DNA of 64,000 bases. Source: an uncultured bacterium. Its GTDB lineage: Bacteria; Chloroflexota; UBA5177; JANWHV01. Every line of letters starts with the position of its first letter. The first letter of the stretch is position 1. The stretch spans positions 896,001 to 960,000 of the forward strand of contig CAVSOU010000008.1 of NCBI GenBank assembly GCA_963729625.1. Direction: 5' to 3'. Below the pieces are notes generated by a model. It made no database searches. It was not told the origin of the DNA and saw nothing but the letters and a program-made list of their open reading frames with translations. Below are positions 30,890-41,525 of the stretch, piece by piece. The position numbers and the translations under genes are program-made.

Positions 30890-30913
30890 GCGGACCGGCG
30901 AACGTGCGACGCG

Positions 30914-31819
30914 CTAGCCCTGCCATCCGTCGCCGAGTCGCAGTCGCAAGTCGTCGTCAGATAGGCCGGCAGCGCGGTCACCTCGTTGGAGCCCAACCGC
31001 AGACTCCACCGGCCAGCCGCTCGCTTCCGCCAGCCACGCTGCACTCACGCTCCCGCTGCGTACCACATGTAGCGCCGGCGCTTCGTCCAGGAGCGGCAGG
31101 CGGATTCGCGTGTGATCGCTGAACGCTCCAGCCGACTCCATGCGTGCGTCATGGGCGACGAAATCGAAGGGCACCTGCTCTCGCATGGACGCCCAGTCGG
31201 CAAGTGCATGCAGGGAGTAGAATGGTCGGTTCCGCGCGTCGCTCAACGGAAGCACGCGGTACAGCGCTCCCCTTGCTCCACCAGCTGCGAGCAACTCCGC
31301 CAAGAGCGTCCAGGCAATATCGTGCATCCACAGGAAGGCGGCGTGAGGTGCCGCCCCGGCGATATCGATCGGCATATGATTGGCGCCAACCTCTTGATAT
31401 GGAGTCGTGGCCGAGCCACACGGACCGTGGCTCGGCACTGCAGCCTGACCCAGGGGTGCGACTACCTCGAGCGGCGCCGAGACGCTGGCATAGAGCTCGA
31501 CCAGCCGCTCGGGTAGACGGAAGGCTGGATGCACCAGTGAAACGTCGATCAGTGGAATGGCGGCTCGAGGAGACGCGAGAAACACCGGTATCCGTGGGTA
31601 TGCCCGCAGAGTGGCGGACTTCCCACCGCGCCCGCCCGCTTCGCGAGCCAGCTCGTGCGACGCTCTGCCCAGCACGTGAAAAACGCCGGAATAAAAGGCT
31701 GACGACCGGCCAGATGCCAGCTCGCGCGCCACAACGCCGAGATGCCGGATGTCATTCAGCCAGTACACCGGCAGGCGCCGCGCCCCCACGGTCAGCCATT
31801 CCGGCGGGGTCATTTGCAT
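30914..31819 (-). CDS. Hypothetical protein (301 aa)
   Basis: Long ORF with protein-like composition downstream of promoter copy 2; no family recognised. Confidence 0.6.
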   Translation of the reverse strand: MQMTPPEWLTVGARRLPVYWLNDIRHLGVVARELASGRSSAFYSGVFHVLGRASHELAREAGGRGGKSATLRAYPRIPVFLASPRAAIPLIDVSLVHPAFRLPERLVELYASVSAPLEVVAPLGQAAVPSHGPCGSATTPYQEVGANHMPIDIAGAAPHAAFLWMHDIAWTLLAELLAAGGARGALYRVLPLSDARNRPFYSLHALADWASMREQVPFDFVAHDARMESAGAFSDHTRIRLPLLDEAPALHVVRSGSVSAAWLAEASGWPVESAVGLQRGDRAAGLSDDDLRLRLGDGWQG

Positions 31820-32007
31820 GCGGTTCTCGCTTCCAACACGCGACCTTCGCGCCTCGGCGAGGGATCAACGGACCAAGTAGGTGGCACCGCTAGCACAGAT
31901 GAGTCTGCATGATGCCGAGGCAGCACGTTACTGCGGGCCCTGTCACGATCGAGCATGCGTGCTCATCCGTGTGTGAATGTCGACCTACCGAGACAGCCCC
32001 GCGTCCT

Positions 32008-32039
32008 ATACTACGCGACCACCATTAGGCTGGCGTGAG
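32008..32039 (-). promoter_or_regulatory. Direct-repeat promoter element, copy 2 (degenerate)
   Basis: Minus strand CTCACGC-CAGC-CTAATGG-TGGTCGCG-TAGTAT; lacks the TG. Confidence 0.6.
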
Positions 32040-32161
32040 CCGGACAGCGCCAGCTGGACAGCTGGCGCTGTCCGCGTTCCCGCGGTCATCGATAACTCCA
32101 ACGCCGGTGCGTAACCGCTGCCGTGCACTGCTATACTCACGAGCAACCAGCACAGCACGAG

Positions 32162-33454
32162 GTGAAAGCGACGAAAGAGCCGGCGCTGCCGTACCAACGG
32201 AACATTGGCGAAGATGCCCAAACCCTTCTGGCCGGAAGCAGTACCGCCCCGCTGAGCAAACGGGCCATTGCTGGGTACTGTGCCGCCTCGGTCGGCTCTG
32301 GATTTTACTTCGCCTTCAGCAGCGCTGCCCTGCCTCTGCTGATCCCCAGCAGCAACGTGCTTCTCCTCAATCTGATGAGCAACACGCGTTCGATCGAAGG
32401 CACGGTGATCCAGCCGTTTATTGGCTCGTGGAGCGATCGCACCTGGACGCGCCTGGGCCGACGCAGGCCGTTCATGGCGGCTGCTCTGCCGCTCAGCGCG
32501 TTCTTTCTCGCACTGACTCCGGCGGCACCCGGCCTGCTTGGCATAGTCATGTGCATTGTCCTCTTCTCACTGTTCTTCAATGTGGCCGCCGATCCATACG
32601 CCGCGCTGGAGGCCGATATCGCGCCGCCTGCCCAGCGGCCCATCTTGAACGGCATGGCAACGACGGTCACATTCTTCGGCCAAGTCGGGCTCGGGCTGAT
32701 CCTGGGATTTGGATCATTTAAGGATCGTCTGCCGTCGTGGACGTACGCGCTGGTGGCTGCGGCACTCATGCTCAGCTGGCTGATCACGATCGGCTCCGTG
32801 CACGAGCGGCGAGAGTCGGCGCACATGCAGCAGCACTATAGCTTTCAGATCTATGTACGGGTGCTTCGTGCGCATCGCCAAGCGTTCCGCTGTCTATGCG
32901 CATTCTTCTGCTACAGCACTGGCATCAACGTCATCCTGGTGAACCTCACGCCTTACGCGACCCATGTCCTGGGTGTCGGCAAAGGCGAAGCCATCCAGTT
33001 GTTCCTCCTGGTTGTCCTGATGATCGGTCTGGTCACTTTGCCCGCGAGCTGGCTTGCCACGCGGATCGGGATTCGGGCGGTGCTGGCGGCCGGCATGGTG
33101 GTCATGGCCTTCGGTGCGATCGGCGTGCTCATGGCGCATTCCGTTGCCACCGTCATTCCGTGGATCCTGGTTGCGGGGATCGGGTGCGGTGGTGTTTCCG
33201 CACTCACCTGGCCGCTCCTCATGCAGCTCATACCGACGGAGCATGCCGGCGTCTTCGCCGGGCTCAAGACAAGCGCCGAATCGATCTCCGCGTTCTTCTC
33301 GGCCTTCGTGGCCTTCGCCATGATCGGGCTGTGGGGATACAGAAGCATCTTCCTCGCCCTGCTGCTCGCGATTACCGCGAGTCTGGTCGTGCTCCGGACA
33401 ATTCGGGAAAGCGAAGCGGCTCAGGAAGTCGCCGCGGCACTGGCAATCGCCTGA
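32162..33454 (+). CDS. MFS transporter (SLC45/GPH sugar-type)
   Basis: QPFIGSWSDRTWTRLGRRRPF, FNVAADPYAALEADI; about 12 TM segments. Start uncertain; TGCTATACT at 32129-32137 suggests a start downstream of ORF-track 32123. Confidence 0.9.
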   Translation: MKATKEPALPYQRNIGEDAQTLLAGSSTAPLSKRAIAGYCAASVGSGFYFAFSSAALPLLIPSSNVLLLNLMSNTRSIEGTVIQPFIGSWSDRTWTRLGRRRPFMAAALPLSAFFLALTPAAPGLLGIVMCIVLFSLFFNVAADPYAALEADIAPPAQRPILNGMATTVTFFGQVGLGLILGFGSFKDRLPSWTYALVAAALMLSWLITIGSVHERRESAHMQQHYSFQIYVRVLRAHRQAFRCLCAFFCYSTGINVILVNLTPYATHVLGVGKGEAIQLFLLVVLMIGLVTLPASWLATRIGIRAVLAAGMVVMAFGAIGVLMAHSVATVIPWILVAGIGCGGVSALTWPLLMQLIPTEHAGVFAGLKTSAESISAFFSAFVAFAMIGLWGYRSIFLALLLAITASLVVLRTIRESEAAQEVAAALAIA

Positions 33455-33556
33455 GCCGGCCAAGGCTATCCCTTGGACCCGCTCCGACCCCTTGTAGTGG
33501 GGGTGCATTCGCGCATGTTGACCGGCCCATGCCTTGCCCTGCAACATGTATCCCGC

Positions 33557-33588
33557 CTAACGCTCGCCTAATGCCTCCGTGCTAGGCT
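33557..33588 (+). promoter_or_regulatory. Direct-repeat promoter element, copy 3
   Basis: CTAACGC-TCGC-CTAATGC-CTCCGTGC-TAGGCT. Confidence 0.8.
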
Positions 33589-33727
33589 TGGCTTAAGTCT
33601 GAGGGCCGCTGTTGACGCACCGGGGGCACCAAGAGCGCGATGCTGCGTGCAGGTCAGTGCCGCCCCATCTTGTCTGCCGTCTGCAGCAGGCGAAGTCGGA
33701 CGAGTCATGCAGGAGGGGGATAGGACG

Positions 33728-35191
33728 ATGTACGGATCGAGCATAGGCAGCAGCGCAAGCTCGGCGCAAGGACCGGCCATCGGGGCGACGATCACGGCAA
33801 TGGTGGCGGGCGCAGGCGCCGCATTGAGCGCCTTCATGCCCTGGATCACGGCGAGCGCCAGCAACCAGAACGGATACTACAGCGCCACGAGCTACTCGTG
33901 GAGTGGCCTGGACGCGACAGTCCTGGACGGCTGGTTCGCGCTCGTGCTTGGCCTGGCAGTGGCGTTGATCGAGCTTGCGGTGCTGGTCCGTGGCCGTGAT
34001 GGAGGGCAAGCCCAGGGCATGGTGGAGGTCGCGCTGGCCGGCCTGCTCATTGCCGTCAGCGCGCGCTATATTGCCGCTGTGTCTGCCGTCAGCGGCGCGA
34101 TCGCCGGCTCTTCGCTGGCATGGCTGAAGAACTACCCATCAATCAGCGTCGGCGCCGGTTTGATTCTGGCACTGATCGCGGCGCTTGTCGTAGCGCTCGC
34201 AGGCTTCACGCGGATACTGGCCGGCGGGAGCGCCGAGGCCCTGCCGACGAGCACGACGTCGCTGGCGATAACGGGCAGGCCTCTGGTTTCAGAGCCGGGA
34301 TTCCTGTCGCAGGATTTCGTGACGGGTGACTTCAGTAGCGTGGCCTTCGCGGGCAATGAACATGGTGCGGCAGTGGGATCGCTCGGCACTCTGGCCTTCA
34401 CACACGACGGCGGCCGGACCTGGATGAGTCGGTTGACCGGTGACGTCACCAGCCTGCAGGCCATCGCCTTTACCGAGGACCAGGTGGGCTGGACGGTCGG
34501 CCGCTCCGGCACCATTCTGCACACCGGCGATGGTGGGAGAACGTGGCAACGCCAGGCAAGCAACGTACGCCAGGAACTGCGAGGTATCGCGTGTGCGAGC
34601 GCGATGGTCGCCTGGGCAGTAGGCGATCTTGGCACAATCGTGCGTACCGTCGACGGCGGAGCGACCTGGATCGTGGCTGAGAGTACGGGCCCAGGCGTGC
34701 TGCGTGCGGTGGCCTGTGCCGGGCCAAGGGTGGCGTGGATCGTGGGCGACGGTGGCACCATCCTCAAGTCAGCGGATGGCGGAGAGACGTGGGTCCCGCA
34801 GCGGAGCGACCTTGACCACAATCTCTGGGGCATAGCGTGCGTCGACGAGAATACGGCGTGGGCCGTGAGTCACCGGGGCACGATACTGTACAGCAGCGAC
34901 GGCGGCTCGACCTGGGTGGCACAGCGATCGGAGACCAGCCAGCCGCTGAACGCGGTGGCGTTCTACGACGCGCTCCACGGCCTGGCAGTCGGTCCCCGAG
35001 GCACGGTTCTCGTCACCACGGACGGCGGGCAGCGCTGGCAGCCGGCGCGGAGTGGCACAGACGTCGAGCTCTATGGCGCCCGCTGGGTAGGCGTCAAGGA
35101 GGCCTGGGTGGCCGGTTCCGCAGGTACGTTGTTGCACACCACCGATGGCGGTTTGACCTCGATGCAGGTACGGGTGCGCGAGTATCAGTGA
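33728..35191 (+). CDS. Four-TM membrane module fused to a 7-blade YCF48/BNR propeller
   Basis: SAFMPWITA...SWSGLD..VLDGW and four hydrophobic segments, then 7 repeats W.VG..GTI..T.DGG.TW; GGAGGGGG upstream of ATG 33728. Confidence 0.88.
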   Translation: MYGSSIGSSASSAQGPAIGATITAMVAGAGAALSAFMPWITASASNQNGYYSATSYSWSGLDATVLDGWFALVLGLAVALIELAVLVRGRDGGQAQGMVEVALAGLLIAVSARYIAAVSAVSGAIAGSSLAWLKNYPSISVGAGLILALIAALVVALAGFTRILAGGSAEALPTSTTSLAITGRPLVSEPGFLSQDFVTGDFSSVAFAGNEHGAAVGSLGTLAFTHDGGRTWMSRLTGDVTSLQAIAFTEDQVGWTVGRSGTILHTGDGGRTWQRQASNVRQELRGIACASAMVAWAVGDLGTIVRTVDGGATWIVAESTGPGVLRAVACAGPRVAWIVGDGGTILKSADGGETWVPQRSDLDHNLWGIACVDENTAWAVSHRGTILYSSDGGSTWVAQRSETSQPLNAVAFYDALHGLAVGPRGTVLVTTDGGQRWQPARSGTDVELYGARWVGVKEAWVAGSAGTLLHTTDGGLTSMQVRVREYQ

Positions 35192-35664
35192 CCTGCTCAC
35201 GTCCGAAGAGTGAAGTGACCCTTCTCGGCTTGCAGGGCCGACCACACAGTCGCTCTCGGAATCCCGGTTACATGGGTCGGGATGCCAGAGTGACTTTGTT
35301 GGCGGCAACGGCGCCAATCCGGGTGGGTGCTGGACCTGGATCCTGAAGGGCACCGCGGACTACTACGGCGCTGGCGGGCACGGCTTCGTCATTTGCGGCG
35401 GCTGAGCATCGGCATTCGCAGGGGAGCCGACGGAACGCCGGTCGTTACGCCGCTTGGCGATGCGCCGCGAGGCTAGAGTGGCGTGAGCGGGATTTGAAGG
35501 GCCGAGGGAGAGTGAGCGATGAGCTGCTGGAGAAGATGAGTGCTTCCGACGGGACTGGCTTTGGCATTGCTCGCCCCACTTGGCCGGACGGGCTGCGTAG
35601 CCTCGAGTCAGCTCACCGCATCAGAGCTTGCGGGCGTTGTTCAGCTTCAATGGGAGGACGTAGC

Positions 35665-36696
35665 GTGGGCACTTGGATTGCAGGCCTGGCAACTGCCGCG
35701 AGTCTATTGGTAACGAGCCTGGCTCCGCTGGGAAGCATTGCGGTGGTAGCAACTTCGGCCGCCGTCTCGCCTAACTTCACCTTCTTCTCTCTTCCAGGTC
35801 GCAGCTCCCCTCGATTCGTGGAGCGCGGAGCAGACGGGAGTATCTGGTTTGCCACGGACAGAGGTATGGGGCGCGTAACGCCTGCCGGCCGGATTATCGA
35901 ATACGCCGCACCAGCCGGCGAGCCGATCTTCGAGGTGGGTGGGATCACGGCAGGTCCGCTTGGCAGAATATGGTTCACAGACGATCGTCTCTCGATTGGC
36001 TGGATAGCGCCGTCCGGTGCGATGGGAGAGTTTCCACTGCCCCAAACTGTCGGGTATGGTCGGCTTGGCGGCATCGCTGCCGGGCGCGACGGCAATCTCT
36101 GGTTTACCGAGGTGGACCTCGGGCGTATTGGCCGGATGTCGCCGACAGGCACAATTCATGAGTTCTCGGTCCGCGGCACTCCACCGACGGACATTCAGGC
36201 GACATCCAACGGAACTGTCTGGTTCGCTAGCTCCTACGACAATATGGTGGGGACCATCGACGGCAACGGCCGCGTGCGCACGTACCGCCTGCCTAGGACA
36301 TTTGCGTGGGGAGGCGGGGGGCCGCAAGCCATAGCGGCCGATGCGAAAGGCAATCTGTGGTTTAGTATGCCCAACACCGGCGGCGAAGGCGGCGGGCCAG
36401 GAAGTCTGCCAGAGGGCGGAGGGATCGGAAGGATCGATTGGGCAGGCCATGTGCTACTGTTTCCGACGCAGGGCATGTATCCGTCCTGCATCGCCGTCGA
36501 CCACCAGGCCAATGTCTGGTTCGGGTCCTTCCGGCGCAACGTCTTGGGACGAATGACGGCTAACGGGACGCTCGAATCATACGCACTCCCGGGAAAGGAG
36601 AGTACCGTCACTGACCTCACAGTGGGCGGCGACGGCAGCATCTGGTTTGCCGATATGGAGAATAACCGCATAGGACGCTTCAGACCATCGCAGTGA
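35665..36696 (+). CDS. Secreted Vgb (virginiamycin B lyase)-like beta-propeller protein
   Basis: Signal-like N-terminus; repeats G.DG.IWF, GI.AG.DGNLWFTE...RIGRM; GGGAGG RBS before GTG 35665. Confidence 0.87.
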   Translation: MGTWIAGLATAASLLVTSLAPLGSIAVVATSAAVSPNFTFFSLPGRSSPRFVERGADGSIWFATDRGMGRVTPAGRIIEYAAPAGEPIFEVGGITAGPLGRIWFTDDRLSIGWIAPSGAMGEFPLPQTVGYGRLGGIAAGRDGNLWFTEVDLGRIGRMSPTGTIHEFSVRGTPPTDIQATSNGTVWFASSYDNMVGTIDGNGRVRTYRLPRTFAWGGGGPQAIAADAKGNLWFSMPNTGGEGGGPGSLPEGGGIGRIDWAGHVLLFPTQGMYPSCIAVDHQANVWFGSFRRNVLGRMTANGTLESYALPGKESTVTDLTVGGDGSIWFADMENNRIGRFRPSQ

Positions 36697-36879
36697 TGGC
36701 CGCCTCCATCTGAACTGCGACACAGGTCTCAGTCGTAGCGACTGCGCTCCCCAACTATCGTCTGTGGTATGCAGAGCGGTTGCTGCGGACGCTCACGCGT
36801 GTCACAACCGCCTTCCGTTCCGTCCAGTAGTGGCAGCGGGGAGAGCCTCTGTAGCATCAACGTTGTGTGCGGATTCCAG

Positions 36880-36911
36880 CTAATGGCGGCCTAATGCTCA
36901 GGTGCTAGGAT
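36880..36911 (+). promoter_or_regulatory. Direct-repeat promoter element, copy 4
   Basis: CTAATGG-CGGC-CTAATGC-TCAGGTGC-TAGGAT. Confidence 0.8.
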
Positions 36912-37156
36912 GCGCGTGTCGTCGTAGTCGCTTCCGACGCAGATGAGGCAGGAATCGCGTGCGAGGACAGGACTGAGAAGGCAGGAGATCATTGCTCCCG
37001 AAGAGTCATATGCCGGGCAGGCTGACAAGCCCAGTCCAGGAAACTTGTGGCTCGCGTCGGCCTCCTCAGTCCGAGGGCCGACCAAGCCTGCGAATCGCCG
37101 GATGGCGACAAGGGGTGCGAATTCCTCAAGATGTTTGAACAGAAAGGCTTGTCGCC

Positions 37157-40100
37157 GTGAATGTACTGAGCCGCCGATGCTGCTCTGCCGCACTGCTGTT
37201 GCTCACGCTGGTCCAACCGACCTTCGACTATGCGCACTCAGCCGTGGCAGCAAGCGGCAACGCAGCCAGCGACCTACGCGTCTCGCGCGGCTCACTCGTT
37301 GCTGGTGACTCGACCTGGTCTGTTCAGAACTCCGGGTCGCGAGAATCTCTGATGGGCGTGAGCTGCCGCACCAAGGGAGACTGCGTAGCCGTAGGCACGA
37401 ACGGTGCCATTCTGACCAGCTCCGATGGCGGAGCTTCATGGACCGGCAGGACGTCGGGCACAAGCCGTACGCTGCTTGGCGTGAGCTGCCCGACTCCCAG
37501 CACCTGTGTTGCCGTCGGTGACGCAGGCACCGTCTTGACCAGCTCCGATGGCGGACTACGCTGGGTGAGCCAGACCTCAGCCACCAGCAGGGCCCTGTTC
37601 GCCGTTAGCTGTCCTGACGCGAGTATCTGCGTCGCCGTGGGCAATAGCGGCGTCATCCTGACCAGCGCGAATGGAGGCGCCAGCTGGACAAGCCACGCCT
37701 CAGGCACGACCAATCAGTTCACTGGTGTCAGTTGCCCAAGCATCAACGACTGTGTGGCTGTGAGCGGGATCGGCACCATCGCAACGAGCCGAGACGGTGG
37801 CACGACCTGGGCGAGTCGGACGATCAGCGCCGGCTCGAGCGTGTTGGCCGTCAGTTGCATCAGTGTTAGCGCCTGCGTGGCGGTTGGTAATAGCGGAACG
37901 ATTCTGACAAGCAAAGATATTGGCGCAACCTGGACACGCCGGGCCTCAAGCACCACCGCGTTGCTCCGTGGGGTCACCTGCGCTAGCGACGGCGCCTGCG
38001 CCGCGGCAGGTTATGGCGGCACCCTGCTCCTCAGCATCGACGGTGGAGCGACCTGGACCCGCCGATTGTCGGGTACCGGCAACGATCTGGAAGCTGCCAG
38101 CTGCCTAAACAAGACTTCCTGCGTGATCGTGGGCGGCAAGGGCACCATCCTGCAAAGTCATGCTTCGGCTATCTCGCAGCCAAGTTCGCACAGCGTGGCA
38201 CGAGTTGCCAAGGGCATGGCCTGGATCGCGCGATCTTCAGGTACCCTGCATGGCCTACAGAACGTGGTCTGCCCGACTACCAAGCACTGTGTAGCAGTCG
38301 GCGGATGGGGAACCGTTATCAGTGACGATGGGGGTACCACTTGGGCAGCTGCTCGTGGCGGTGGCAACGCCAATGGCGTCAGTTGTCCGAGCATAGAGAT
38401 GTGCGTTGCCGTAGGCGGTAGCGGCCTGATCCATACCACTAACAATGGTGGCCGTACTTGGCACGAAAGCCGGATCAGGGAGGGAAGCAATCTGTACGGC
38501 GTAAGCTGTCCGACGGCCAGGGACTGTGTTGCCGTCGGCGAGATAGCTATGCAAGTTCTTGTCGAGACCAGCGGTGACGGCGGGAGCACCTGGACTCCGC
38601 AGCGACTCGCTCAGGGTGTCGGCGCTGTAGCGGTGAGCTGTGTCAGCACCGGCCTGTGCGTTGCGGTCGGCGGCGCCCCACACGGCAGTCCTGAACGACG
38701 AGCGATTCTTACCTCGGATGACCGAGGTAGCGCCTGGGCTATTCAGTATTTGGGCATCGGCTCCACGCTGTGGGGCGTCACATGCTTGAGTACCGGCTCG
38801 TGCATTGCGGTTGGTGACGGTGGCACCATTCTGACCAGCAGCGACCGCGGTAGGACTTGGACCAGCCGTGCTTCGGGCACGACCAAGTGGTTGCAAGGGG
38901 TAAGTTGTGGCAGCGCGACCTGGTGCGTCGCCGTTGGCGAAACTGGCTCGATTCTGAGCAGCGCCGATGGTGGAGCGACCTGGACGCACCAAAACTCGGG
39001 CTCAGGCCGCGATTTGTTCAGAGTCAGCTGCCCGAGCAGCAGCCTTTGTGTGGCCGTCGGCCAGAGCGACACGATTCTCCAAGGTCGCGCAGCGAGCAGT
39101 ATCACCACGCCCGCTCCCCTCACGTCTAACCAGCAACGTCTGGCCAAGGCGATCGGTCAGTACGCGACCATGCTCGATGCCGCCTTCGTCCAGATCGAGG
39201 GCGTCACCAAGGAGCTGGGACGCGAAGGACAGTATTACCGTGACCAGGTGCACGCTGACCAGTACAAGGTGTGGACCAGCATTGGCCAGGCCGCGATCGA
39301 CACGTGTATCGCCGGCTGGGGCGCGATCGACGGTCATACCAGCTCAGACATCCTCGCTCGGCTTACCAGCGTTTCCACGGACTTCGGCATGGGCTATGCC
39401 AAGAAAGCCAGTATAGAATCCCTCTCGACAGCGTTGGTTCGACGCCTGGCCGATCACTCGCTTGACGATCAAGCGGGAATCATCGCCAGTATTTTCGATC
39501 GATCGCTACGACCTGCCCTCGACAAGGACCTCGCGCAACTGAAGCACAACCCGCCCGATCTCTCCACCAGCGATACCGATGCCGCAATTCACGCTCTGCA
39601 GATGCGGGAGGACGCGCTCGGCTGGATCGGCATTCGGCAGCCCGATGGTAGCGCGGCGATCCTCCAGGAAGCATTCTATAAGCAAGGGAGCTCGCACGTC
39701 GGCGCGGACCTGGTCAGTGATCTCTGGCAGACGGCCGCGCCCCTCATGGCCGATGCGCTCGTGCCGGGTAGCGGCGTCGTGGCGTCCGCGCTGATCGGCT
39801 TATGGAACACGGCCGTAGCACAGCAGAAGCTTACGGCCGACGAGCAGGTGGTGGCAGAATATCAGCTAGCCCTGCTCTCCATGGAAACGTACGCTAGCCG
39901 CGTGCACGATGCGGCGACTCTGGTCATTGGCAGCCTGCGAGCAAAGCCGGTGGTCGTCGGCAAGCTGCTCTCAGGCACTTTGGGCAATCTGCAGATTACG
40001 GACAAGCGCACGGCGCCGACACGCACGAATCACGACGGCACGCTGCGCGAGCATCTGAACCTCACGGTTGAGAACGCCAGCCCAGCCACGCCGTTTCACC

Positions 40101-41338
40101 TGCTCATCACCTACAACACGGGATTTGATATCAACGGCACGCTGACCCTTCTGCCTCCCAAACAGGGAACGCTGCACCTGTCTGTCCTGGCCACGCTCGA
40201 CGCCTTCCAGGTGAGCGGCAAGGGGAAGCTCGTGTCAAGTGTGAATGTCTCAGGTAAATTGCCTGCATCCCTGGCCTTCACACTGGTAGATTCCAGCCAG
40301 CATGTGGATCTGGCGCCGGGAAAGGACGAGCAGATCAACGTCGCACTGCTGGCAGAGCCGAAGCCGGGCGACTTTGTGCTGGTAGACAGTAAGCGCTTTC
40401 CCAACGATCGTGCCGTGCACTTCCCGCTGAAGCCTTCCCCACGTCCAGTCGTGTCCCAATGGTCCTGGCACACTACCACGTCGAGCATCTCAACCATGTT
40501 GACCGACATCGCCTGTCTCAGTCCAAACCGTTGCCTGGTCGTTGGGAACAGCGGCACCATCTTGGTCAGCAACGATGGCGGAGACAGCTGGAGCGGTCGG
40601 CCCTCCGGAACCACCGACGACCTGGAGGGCATCGCTTGCCCCAGCAGCACCCGGTGCCTGGCGGTGGGGAACAATGGCAGGGTCCTGACAAGCTCAGACG
40701 GTGGTACAACCTGGAGCAAGCAATCGTCGGGCATCACCAACTATCTGCAGGCGATCACATGCCCGAGTCTCGACCAGTGCTTGGCGGTGGGCGACGGCGG
40801 TACGATCATACACAGCACCGACGGTGGAACAAGATGGAACACGCTGAGCTCAGGCACTACGACCCATCTGGCGGGCGTCACATGCTATGGCTCTCTCCGC
40901 TGCCTGGCCGTGGGATACAGTGGCACAATCCTCATCAGCGCGGACGCCGGGAGGAGCTGGAATAGCCCGTCGTCAGGGACTTCTCAGGTACTCGGTGGAA
41001 TTACCTGCACCAGTACCACACATTGCCTGGCTGTCGGCTGGGGCGGCACGATCCTTAGCAGCACGGACGGAGGCGCAGCGTGGAGAAGCCGACCCCCGCT
41101 GACCACGCGTTACCTTCAGCGCATACGCTGCCCAGGTGCCGGCAGTTGTCTGGCTGTGGGGGATGGCGGCACCATCCTGACCAGCCCCGACGGCGGCACG
41201 ACCTGGCATAGTCAGCTATCGGGCACCACAGAGGCGCTCTGGGGGATCGCCTGTCCCAGCCCTTCTCGATGCATTGTCGTCGGAGGCGATCCAGCTACGG
41301 GCAGAGCCGCCGGTACCATCCTGGCCGGGCATAGGTGA
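37157..41338 (+). CDS. Large secreted protein: two 7-blade Cys-paired Asp-box propellers, helical plus beta-rich core, third propeller
   Basis: Signal peptide; 7+7 repeats, about 450 aa non-repetitive middle, 7 more repeats. Confidence 0.9.
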   Translation: MNVLSRRCCSAALLLLTLVQPTFDYAHSAVAASGNAASDLRVSRGSLVAGDSTWSVQNSGSRESLMGVSCRTKGDCVAVGTNGAILTSSDGGASWTGRTSGTSRTLLGVSCPTPSTCVAVGDAGTVLTSSDGGLRWVSQTSATSRALFAVSCPDASICVAVGNSGVILTSANGGASWTSHASGTTNQFTGVSCPSINDCVAVSGIGTIATSRDGGTTWASRTISAGSSVLAVSCISVSACVAVGNSGTILTSKDIGATWTRRASSTTALLRGVTCASDGACAAAGYGGTLLLSIDGGATWTRRLSGTGNDLEAASCLNKTSCVIVGGKGTILQSHASAISQPSSHSVARVAKGMAWIARSSGTLHGLQNVVCPTTKHCVAVGGWGTVISDDGGTTWAAARGGGNANGVSCPSIEMCVAVGGSGLIHTTNNGGRTWHESRIREGSNLYGVSCPTARDCVAVGEIAMQVLVETSGDGGSTWTPQRLAQGVGAVAVSCVSTGLCVAVGGAPHGSPERRAILTSDDRGSAWAIQYLGIGSTLWGVTCLSTGSCIAVGDGGTILTSSDRGRTWTSRASGTTKWLQGVSCGSATWCVAVGETGSILSSADGGATWTHQNSGSGRDLFRVSCPSSSLCVAVGQSDTILQGRAASSITTPAPLTSNQQRLAKAIGQYATMLDAAFVQIEGVTKELGREGQYYRDQVHADQYKVWTSIGQAAIDTCIAGWGAIDGHTSSDILARLTSVSTDFGMGYAKKASIESLSTALVRRLADHSLDDQAGIIASIFDRSLRPALDKDLAQLKHNPPDLSTSDTDAAIHALQMREDALGWIGIRQPDGSAAILQEAFYKQGSSHVGADLVSDLWQTAAPLMADALVPGSGVVASALIGLWNTAVAQQKLTADEQVVAEYQLALLSMETYASRVHDAATLVIGSLRAKPVVVGKLLSGTLGNLQITDKRTAPTRTNHDGTLREHLNLTVENASPATPFHLLITYNTGFDINGTLTLLPPKQGTLHLSVLATLDAFQVSGKGKLVSSVNVSGKLPASLAFTLVDSSQHVDLAPGKDEQINVALLAEPKPGDFVLVDSKRFPNDRAVHFPLKPSPRPVVSQWSWHTTTSSISTMLTDIACLSPNRCLVVGNSGTILVSNDGGDSWSGRPSGTTDDLEGIACPSSTRCLAVGNNGRVLTSSDGGTTWSKQSSGITNYLQAITCPSLDQCLAVGDGGTIIHSTDGGTRWNTLSSGTTTHLAGVTCYGSLRCLAVGYSGTILISADAGRSWNSPSSGTSQVLGGITCTSTTHCLAVGWGGTILSSTDGGAAWRSRPPLTTRYLQRIRCPGAGSCLAVGDGGTILTSPDGGTTWHSQLSGTTEALWGIACPSPSRCIVVGGDPATGRAAGTILAGHR

Positions 41339-41525
41339 ATTGTCGTCGCCACAGGAATCGGCGCTTGCGCCACGAATGAGGCACTGCGTATGGATGGGGC
41401 GCAGTCGAACGCAGATGCACTGATCAGACCGGGGGTTGGCATCGATCGGACGCGGGACGCCAGAAAGCCTGCGAGATCCTGGACAAACGTAAGTGAACGT
41501 TCAGTTGTGCTTGGAGAGATGGCAA

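Noticed and set aside
35665-36696. Streptogramin resistance gene (vgb)
   Set aside because: It has a signal-like N-terminus and only fold-level similarity; lyase catalytic residues could not be confirmed.
26005-41338. Diversity-generating retroelement or DNA-level repeat shuffling among propeller blades
   Set aside because: No reverse transcriptase, and blades are diverged at the nucleotide level with no template/variable repeat pair visible by eye.
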